Shown one piece after another: positions 57,685 to 64,000 of a stretch of DNA of 64,000 nt; position 1 is the first letter of the stretch, and each line of letters begins with the position of its first letter. The stretch is taken from the NCBI GenBank assembly GCA_945882935.1, contig CAMCWW010000002.1:26274-90273 (forward strand), written 5' to 3'. Both the position numbers and the translations under genes were made by a program. The notes under the pieces were generated by a model. It saw only the letters and a list, made by a program, of their open reading frames with translations. It ran no database searches and was not told the origin of the DNA. The stretch comes from Opitutus sp. GAS368 (GTDB lineage Bacteria > Verrucomicrobiota > Verrucomicrobiia > Opitutales > Opitutaceae).

Positions 57685-59553
57685 TCAAAAACCCGTCTGC
57701 ACCGACAACGAGAATCGGCTCGCGAGCTTGTCCCCGCTCCGGATGTCGCCGGCGTAACCCAACGAACCGCTCCAATTCTTAAAGAGCGTCACCGTCGCCG
57801 CGCCGCCGAGTTCAAAGCCGCTGCCATCGCCGTCTTCCACTCGAATCGTGGTCGGCCGCGTGACGTTACCCGCTAGCCGCCCCGTGATCGACCGATCCGA
57901 ACTGCTGATCTCACCGTGCCACGCCGCTCGGAAATCAAAACGGACCGCGCACTCGGCGATCTTTGTATCCTTCGAGAAATCCACGCCCACGCTGCCTGCC
58001 GAGCTCTTCACGTCTTGCGCCCCGAAATCCATCGTCACCACGGGCACGTCCTTTTCGGTGTAACCTTCGAGCTTCACGCGCTCCGTGCGCAAGCCGAGCC
58101 ACGGGCGGACATTTAACCCCTGCAACGGATCGAGCGCCCAGATCGCCTTAACGCCCGCGCCCAAATGTTCGCCGCCCGCTTTGCCCGAAGTGCGATAACC
58201 GGCGAATCCCGTCGTCCGCTTGATGCCCTCCACATCCAATCCGCCATACGCGACGTCGAGCACGAGCGACACCGGACCTCCGCGCCAAACACCATACGCG
58301 CGACCCGTCAGATCACGGATCGAGTAGCCGCCGCCACCACTCACCTCAGCTTCGAGCTTCCCGGAATTCAGGGCGGCGCCCGCCACGAAGTTGTCGCCGA
58401 GACGCACGTCACCACCGGCGGTCACCACTTGGGCGGTGTAGTTGAACTTCCGCTGCCAGCCATCGGCCGAGCGGTTGCCGTCACTGTAGTTGAAAGCCGC
58501 ATAGATATCAGTCCGGCCCTTCGCGCGGTTCGTCGTGGCGACCTGCGCGATCCGCGCATCGAGCGCGGCCACCGAGATCGACTGCAACGCCAACGCCGCG
58601 TTACCCTGCGTGGCCGCGAAGCCGACCACCGGCTCCGGATTGAGCGCCTCGACCACGGCCCCGGAGAGGAGCGCATGGGTCTTGGTCGTCGGGTGGATGT
58701 CATCGAAGAAAACGTAGCCCGCCGGATCACCGCCGCCCCCAGCTGAGGCCGGCGCAATGGCAAACGAGGTCGCATTCGTAAACCCGAGTGCCCGGAAATC
58801 CAGAATCACACGATCCAGCAACGACTGCACGTCGATGTAGACGAGATTCACATCCGCGGCCGGCGCGCTGGCGGCAATCGCTCCGAGGCGCGTCCGCAAC
58901 TCCGCGTTAAACGCCGAACTCACGCGAAGCCCGAACGCCTGAGCCGTACTGCCGAGCGCCACCGAGCGCGCCGTCGCGCCCAGATTCGGCAGGCCCGCCA
59001 CCACGATATTCTTCGCGCCCAGCCCAACGAGCGATTGCACGCCGCCCGCCACCGTCGCCGCCGTCGCGGCCCCCGCCACATCAAGGTTCGCGGGATTCAA
59101 TGCCGTCGTCGGCGCGGAGAGCACGGGGATCAGGTCGTTCGCCCCGAAAAACACGGTGAACAGGTCCGTCCTCGTCGGCGTGATCGCCCGAGCTTGGTAA
59201 AGACCGATCTGCACCGCCATCGATGGCGGCAGCGTGCCGGCCCCGCCTGCGGTCGCGCCGCCAAACGCAAAATTCAAACTGCTCTTCACGCTGGCGGGCG
59301 AAGTCGCCACGAGCGCCAGATTGTTGCCAAGCAATTCGGTAAACACGCGGCCGTTGGCGAAGCGCCCTTGAAAATACGGTGCGCCTGGGGTGCCCGCGCC
59401 GAGCGCGCTCGTCGCCGCGAACAGGTTTCCACTGTCGCTCAAGCTGTCGCCGAACGAATACTGGTTGGTAAAGGTGCGGTTCTGCGCCGTCGCGACCGAC
59501 AGCAGGGCAAAGAGACACAGGGCGACATGGCTGGGCTTAAGGCGGGTATTCAT
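57685..59553 (-). CDS. GDSL/SGNH-lipase autotransporter (EstA-like)
   Basis: Signal peptide MNTRLKPSHVALCLFALLSVATA. Block I FGDSLSDSGN. Block V FFDDIHPT. C-terminal beta-barrel ends ...RFSLSVQTGF. The internal ATG at 59553 is preferred. Confidence 0.88.
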   Translation of the reverse strand: MNTRLKPSHVALCLFALLSVATAQNRTFTNQYSFGDSLSDSGNLFAATSALGAGTPGAPYFQGRFANGRVFTELLGNNLALVATSPASVKSSLNFAFGGATAGGAGTLPPSMAVQIGLYQARAITPTRTDLFTVFFGANDLIPVLSAPTTALNPANLDVAGAATAATVAGGVQSLVGLGAKNIVVAGLPNLGATARSVALGSTAQAFGLRVSSAFNAELRTRLGAIAASAPAADVNLVYIDVQSLLDRVILDFRALGFTNATSFAIAPASAGGGGDPAGYVFFDDIHPTTKTHALLSGAVVEALNPEPVVGFAATQGNAALALQSISVAALDARIAQVATTNRAKGRTDIYAAFNYSDGNRSADGWQRKFNYTAQVVTAGGDVRLGDNFVAGAALNSGKLEAEVSGGGGYSIRDLTGRAYGVWRGGPVSLVLDVAYGGLDVEGIKRTTGFAGYRTSGKAGGEHLGAGVKAIWALDPLQGLNVRPWLGLRTERVKLEGYTEKDVPVVTMDFGAQDVKSSAGSVGVDFSKDTKIAECAVRFDFRAAWHGEISSSDRSITGRLAGNVTRPTTIRVEDGDGSGFELGGAATVTLFKNWSGSLGYAGDIRSGDKLASRFSLSVQTGF

Positions 59554-59694
59554 AGGATTTAAACGAGGTTTTGCCCAAGAAACCGCGCCCACCGTCGAGC
59601 GCAAGCCACAAGCCCGGATCACCCCACCCGACACTTGCCCCGCTCCTAGGCGGCCCTAGCGTGCCCGCGCGATGTTTCCCGCCGCCTCTCTTCC

Positions 59695-60780
59695 ATGCCG
59701 ACTCCGTCCATAAACGGTCCCGGTTTCTTTTTGCTCGGCGCCACCCATCGACGCACTCCCCTCGCCGTGCGCGAACGACTGGCTCTGAGCGCCGAAAGCA
59801 CCGCCTCCCTTTACGCCGCGCTCTCCGCGCACCCAGGTCTCGACGAATTGGTCATTCTGAGCACCTGCAACCGGGTTGAATTCTACGGCGTCGCCAAGGA
59901 TCCGTCGGCGGTCGCCCACGTGGAGGCGGCGTGGTGCGGCCACTGCGATTTCACCCCGGCCGAGTTCAGGGCATTTCGCGTGGCCCTCACCGGTCGCGAC
60001 GCGCTCCAGCATCTGCTCGAAGTGGCGGCCGGGCTTGATTCCCAACTCGTCGGAGAGACCGAGATTATGGGGCAGGTGAAATCCGCCTACACCGACGCCC
60101 ACGCCCGCGGCCGCACCGGCCCCGTGCTCAATCGCGTTTTCCAAAGATGTCTGCAAGCGGCCAAACACGCGCGCACGCATACGGCGATCACCGCCGGTCG
60201 CGTGAGTCTCGCCCAAGTCGCCGTGAGTCTGGCGCAATCCGTCATGGGCGATCTCGCCTCCGCCCAGGTCTTGCTGCTGGGCGCCGGAGAAATCGGCGAG
60301 CAGACGGCCCGGGCCTTTCTCGACCACGGCACCACAACCCTCACGGTCGCAGGGCGTCATCGCGGCCGCACCTCGGCGCTCGCTGGACGCTTAGGCGCGA
60401 CCGCACTCCCGTTCGCCCAACGCGCGGCCCGGCTAGCCGATTTCGACATCGTCGTCGGTTCCACCTCCGCGCCCGGCACCGTGCTTTCGGCCGAAGACGT
60501 CGCGGCGGCGATGGCCGATCGAACGGGCCGTCCGCTGATTCTGCTCGATCTTGCCTTGCCTCGCGACATCGATCCGATGGCCGCCCGACTTAGTCACGTT
60601 TTCCTCTACAACCTCGACGACCTCGCGCAAATTTCCACGGCGAACCGCGCCGCCCGCGTCGGCGAAGTCACCCGCGCCCGCGCCCTCCTCTCAACCAAAG
60701 CCGATCTACTCTGGCGCACCCTCGTTCGATCTGCGGCGGCCGGTCGGCCGCCATCGGATCAGCGGCAATCGGCTCGTTAG
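59695..60780 (+). CDS. hemA: Glutamyl-tRNA reductase
   Basis: GATHRRTPLAVRERLAL, LSTCNRVEFY (catalytic Cys) and LLGAGEIGE (NADPH site). Confidence 0.92.
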   Translation: MPTPSINGPGFFLLGATHRRTPLAVRERLALSAESTASLYAALSAHPGLDELVILSTCNRVEFYGVAKDPSAVAHVEAAWCGHCDFTPAEFRAFRVALTGRDALQHLLEVAAGLDSQLVGETEIMGQVKSAYTDAHARGRTGPVLNRVFQRCLQAAKHARTHTAITAGRVSLAQVAVSLAQSVMGDLASAQVLLLGAGEIGEQTARAFLDHGTTTLTVAGRHRGRTSALAGRLGATALPFAQRAARLADFDIVVGSTSAPGTVLSAEDVAAAMADRTGRPLILLDLALPRDIDPMAARLSHVFLYNLDDLAQISTANRAARVGEVTRARALLSTKADLLWRTLVRSAAAGRPPSDQRQSAR

Positions 60781-60855
60781 CCGGGTCGAGAGAAATATCG
60801 TCGGATCGTCGGATCCAGCGCGAGGGCGACCGCCATTTCGATTCTACGCCCTACT

Positions 60856-62025
60856 TCAGCCCCCGGCCAATTGCCGCCGCAACCACGCCCCCGCCGTGCC
60901 CCCCGTGGGTCGCTCGAGCAACGCGCGCAACTCAGCCGCCTGCGCGGTCGTCCGCATCCGGCGGGCCGGATCCTCCAAGCCCGCCCGTAATTGCTCCGCT
61001 AATGCCGACGGCGTCGCCGCATCTTGAATAAACTCGGGATACATCGGCGCCTTCAGCAGCAGATTCGCGATCCCCAAAAACTCGATCTTCACCAGCATCC
61101 GCCCGAGCAGATAGGTTAAAAAATTAGCCCGATAAGCGATCGCTCCGGGGATACCCGCCAGCGCACAGTGCATCGACATGGTCCCGCTCGAGGTGAGCAC
61201 AACCGAAGCCGCGACCGGCGTACCCGTCGGCACGAGCTGCACTCGCTGCGACGGCCCAGCCGCGTGCAGCTCGGCCAAAATTTCTTCGCTCGGATACACC
61301 GCAACCGCGTCCCGATCCCCGCCGCCTCGTAAAAATTCCGCGTAGCCCGCAAGCAACACCGGGAAAATCCGCCCCACCGCCTGCTTCCGGCTGCCCGGTA
61401 ACAACAGGACCGGCCCCGCCGGATCATAACGTACCGGCGGGACATAGTCGGCCGCCAGAAACGGATGCCCCACGAAGTCCACTGGCAGCGTGGTGTCCGC
61501 ATAGCAGGCGAGTTCGAACGGGAAAATGACCGCCAGCGCGTCGAGATCACGCGCCATCGTAAAACGGCGCTTGGCCTTCCACGCCCAAATCTGCGGGGAG
61601 ATATAAAACAGTGTTTTGATTTCCCCGCCGCCCTTCACCGAGAGCCCGCGCTCCCGCAGCGCCGCCGCCAGCCGCAGATTCATCCCCGGATAATCCACAA
61701 ACAACACCGCGCGCGGCCGGTGTTCACCGATCCAACGCAGCGTCTCCTCCATCAGCGCCTTGAAAAACGAGTAATTCTTCAACACCTCGACCAGCCCAAC
61801 GACCGACGACGCCGTGAGATCAAAAAGCAATTGCGCGCCCGCCCCCGACAGCTCCGGTCCACCCAACGCGGCGAACCTCAGGGTCGGCTGCGCCGCCCGC
61901 ACGTCGCGCACCAACCGCGCCGCGTGTTCGTCACCCGAATGCTCGCCGGCGATGATCAGCACATCGACTGGCCCGCCCTCAGGCGCCGGCAATCGGAAGG
62001 GCAGCGACAATGCGCTCATCGTCAC
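60856..62025 (-). CDS. lpxB: Lipid-A-disaccharide synthase
   Basis: VLIIAGEHSGDEHAARLV, YISPQIWAWK and LTSSGTMSMHCAL motifs. Confidence 0.92.
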   Translation of the reverse strand: MTMSALSLPFRLPAPEGGPVDVLIIAGEHSGDEHAARLVRDVRAAQPTLRFAALGGPELSGAGAQLLFDLTASSVVGLVEVLKNYSFFKALMEETLRWIGEHRPRAVLFVDYPGMNLRLAAALRERGLSVKGGGEIKTLFYISPQIWAWKAKRRFTMARDLDALAVIFPFELACYADTTLPVDFVGHPFLAADYVPPVRYDPAGPVLLLPGSRKQAVGRIFPVLLAGYAEFLRGGGDRDAVAVYPSEEILAELHAAGPSQRVQLVPTGTPVAASVVLTSSGTMSMHCALAGIPGAIAYRANFLTYLLGRMLVKIEFLGIANLLLKAPMYPEFIQDAATPSALAEQLRAGLEDPARRMRTTAQAAELRALLERPTGGTAGAWLRRQLAGG

Positions 62026-63005
62026 CGCTTCTGCGCCCGGATCTGCTCCGTGATCGTGATCGCCACTTCGAGCGCCGATTTGCCGAGGGCCGCGCCGACC
62101 TTGGGTTGCCGCGCCTGAGTCACGCTGTCCACAAACGACGCCAGTTCGAGCGCCAGCGGCTCGCCTTTCTCAATGGGAATTTCTTTCACCGGAATCGAGC
62201 TCACATCACCCGCTTTCACGAGGCCGATTTTCATTTTTAACCCGTAGGCGATGATGTCGCTCTTCTTCACGAGGTGCCCTTTCTGCTCCATGAAATTGAG
62301 CGAGAGATACGCGTTGTCCTGAAACACCCGGATCTCGCGCGCCTTTTTTAGGCTCATGCGGCTCGCGCTCAGGTTGGCCACCGCACCGTTCTCAAACTGG
62401 ATGCGCGCGTTGGCGATGTCTTCCGTTTTCGAAAGCACGCTCACGCCCACGCTGTCGATTCTCACAATGGGGGATTTGATCAACGCGAGGGTGATCCCGA
62501 TGTCATGAATCATCAGGTCGAGCACCACGCCGACCTCGGTACCCCGCGGTTGATACGGCGCCAGCCGCTCGGCCGTGAGGTATTGCGGGTGATCCACCTG
62601 TTTCTCCAAAAACGCCATCACCGGGTTGAAGTGTTCGATGTGCCCGACTTGCACGATGCACCCGTGCTGCCGCGCCGCCGCCATCACCTGCTCGGCTTCT
62701 TCGAGCGATGCGCAGATCGGTTTTTCAATCAACAGGTGCGTCTTCTTCGCGAGCAAGGGCAACGCGACTTCTGCGTGACGGTCCGTCGGCACCACCACCG
62801 AGACCGCATCGCACGCGTCGCCCAATTCCTCGATCGTCGCGAAACGCCGGCAATTGAACTTCGCGCAGATCTCCGCCGCACGGGCGTTGTTCGGCTCAAA
62901 AATCCCGGCCAGTTCCGCCCCGGGCAACGTCGCGTAGATGCGCGCGTGGTGTTGACCGAGCGAGCCCACACCGGCGACGCCGCAACGAATTTTGAGTTTA
63001 GCCAT
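62022..63005 (-). CDS. Gfo/Idh/MocA family NAD(P)-dependent oxidoreductase
   Basis: Rossmann CGVAGVGSLGQHHA and the EKP motif (LLIEKP). There are 4-nt and 8-nt overlaps with flanking lpxB and lolD. Confidence 0.85.
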   Translation of the reverse strand: MAKLKIRCGVAGVGSLGQHHARIYATLPGAELAGIFEPNNARAAEICAKFNCRRFATIEELGDACDAVSVVVPTDRHAEVALPLLAKKTHLLIEKPICASLEEAEQVMAAARQHGCIVQVGHIEHFNPVMAFLEKQVDHPQYLTAERLAPYQPRGTEVGVVLDLMIHDIGITLALIKSPIVRIDSVGVSVLSKTEDIANARIQFENGAVANLSASRMSLKKAREIRVFQDNAYLSLNFMEQKGHLVKKSDIIAYGLKMKIGLVKAGDVSSIPVKEIPIEKGEPLALELASFVDSVTQARQPKVGAALGKSALEVAITITEQIRAQKR

Positions 63006-63660
63006 GGACCAAGATTCCGCTCCGCAAAACCAGTTGGCGATGCGTTTTTTGCGCGTGCGCGACGTTGTGCGTCACCAGCACAAGCGCCGTCTGCGTCTCG
63101 GCGCACAGGCCGAGCAACAGCTCAATCACCGCGTCGCCCGTGCGCTCGTCGAGATTGCCCGTCGGCTCATCGGCAAGGATGAGGCGCGGCGAATTCATGA
63201 GCGCCCGCGCCACCGCCACGCGTTGCCGCTCGCCGCCCGAGAGCTGCGAAGAGAGGTGCTTCGCCCGTTCGGCGAGGCCGACCTTTGCCAGCAAATCGTC
63301 CGCCCGTTTCCGCGCCGCCGCATCAATCGACCCGAGGATGCGGCGCGCCATCAGCACGTTCTCCCGCGCGTTCAGTTCCGGGATGAGATAGAACGACTGA
63401 AACACGATGCCCAAAAAATTTCCCCGCCGCGCCGTGCCCGTATCGCTCTCGCCCGCCCACGTGAGCGTCCCGGCATCCGGCGCATCAAGGCCAGCGAGGA
63501 GTTGGAGCAACGTCGATTTGCCCGAGCCCGATTCGCCGCGGATGCTCACGCTCTCCCCTGCCGCCACATCGAGGTCGACTCCCGCCAAGACTTCGAGCCG
63601 ACGGTCACCGCTCATAAACGTCTTGCACAACCCGCGCGCCGTGAGGATGGCCTCATTCAT
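62998..63660 (-). CDS. lolD: Lipoprotein-releasing system ATP-binding protein
   Basis: Walker A GESGSGKST, signature LSGGERQRVAVARAL and Walker B LILADEPT. Lies adjacent to a LolC/E-type permease. Confidence 0.85.
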   Translation of the reverse strand: MNEAILTARGLCKTFMSGDRRLEVLAGVDLDVAAGESVSIRGESGSGKSTLLQLLAGLDAPDAGTLTWAGESDTGTARRGNFLGIVFQSFYLIPELNARENVLMARRILGSIDAAARKRADDLLAKVGLAERAKHLSSQLSGGERQRVAVARALMNSPRLILADEPTGNLDERTGDAVIELLLGLCAETQTALVLVTHNVAHAQKTHRQLVLRSGILVHG

Positions 63661-64000
63661 TGCGCAAGGCCTCCACCGGTTTCAGCCGCGCCGCTCGCCA
63701 CGCCGGCAACAGACCCGCCAGCGTCGAAATCACCACCGAGCACGCCACGATCAATCCCACATCTCCGGGCGCCGTGTGCGCCGGCAGCTGACTGAACTGA
63801 TAAAACCGCACGAGCACCTCTTCGCTTGCCGTTAACCGCGTGAACCCCGCGACCAGTTCGTTGCGGAAATGCAGCGTGCCGAGCCCGAGCCCCAAGCCCG
63901 CCAACGTCCCCACGGCGCCGATCAGCAGTCCTTGAAAACAAAAGCACGCCGCCACTTGAATCGGCCGCGCGCCGAGCGCCCCAAGCAGGCCGATCTCGCG
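63653..64000 (-). CDS. LolC/LolE (FtsX-like) lipoprotein-release permease, C-terminal part (5' end outside window)
   Basis: The frame is open to the window edge. C-terminus ...VACSVVISTLAGLLPAWRAARLKPVEALRNE is the typical FtsX-family tail. Confidence 0.8.
   Translation of the reverse strand, partial: REIGLLGALGARPIQVAACFCFQGLLIGAVGTLAGLGLGLGTLHFRNELVAGFTRLTASEEVLVRFYQFSQLPAHTAPGDVGLIVACSVVISTLAGLLPAWRAARLKPVEALRNE

Noticed and set aside
60781-60855. Direct repeat CGTCGGAT x2 in the hemA/lpxB convergent spacer.
   Set aside because: It is only an 8-nt tandem duplication in a 75-bp spacer, with no associated structure or conservation evidence.
1-64000. tRNA, rRNA, tmRNA, RNase P or SRP RNA genes in the intergenic regions.
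   Set aside because: None of the intergenic stretches (8253-8460, 9589-9762, 18474-18596, 27623-27885, 40473-40608, 44388-44799, 46315-46456) shows T-loop GGTTCGA-type or other diagnostic consensus sequences by eye. A covariance-model scan would still be needed to be certain.

Overview
GC-rich bacterial chromosomal segment, tightly packed on both strands with about 55 recognisable, mostly housekeeping genes. The gene content (RNase HII plus HIII, a dksA-like gene before lspA, H1-like Lys/Ala/Pro repeats, VEVYE-terminated secreted repeats) hints at a PVC or Verrucomicrobiota-like organism, but this is unverified. Central carbon genes: glgC, glmS, acnA, zwf-opcA, pgi. Translation and RNA modification genes: ileS, tyrS, rpsU, rsmI, an rsmB-like gene, an Rsm22-like gene, two RluA-family pseudouridine synthases and a DTW/TapT-like gene. 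Replication and repair genes: dnaE, rnhB, rnhC, mutY, yraN. Envelope genes: a dacA-like gene, lspA, lpxK, lpxB and lolCE-lolD. Amino-acid and haem genes: trpE, trpB, hemA. Regulation genes: an RpoD-family sigma, an ECF sigma/anti-sigma/LTXXQ module, a PP2C-GAF phosphatase plus STAS protein, and an orphan PAS histidine kinase. The ORF track initiates at ATG, GTG or TTG and takes the longest ORF. Several listed starts are therefore artificial N-terminal extensions, and many long Arg/Gly/Pro/Ala-rich ORFs are antisense artefacts of the high GC content. I saw no rRNA, tRNA, CRISPR array, intact mobile element, toxin-antitoxin pair or recognisable defence island. I cannot honestly point to a clear novel multi-gene system. 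The observations most worth a second look are listed here. (1) A compositionally foreign, doubly palindromic 83-nt in-frame insert inside a SAM methyltransferase. (2) A Cys-less DksA/TraR-like protein fused to a histone-H1-like (KAKP)n repeat between ileS and lspA. (3) A 412-bp spacer between convergent genes with a 17-bp long-range inverted repeat and phased ATTAACC motifs. (4) Three gene remnants: an IS1595-type transposase tail, a GlcD-like N-terminus and a decayed TIM-barrel isomerase. (5) A lolCE-lolD-Gfo/Idh/MocA-lpxB operon with overlapping stop and start codons. (6) A tandem rnhB-rnhC pair.
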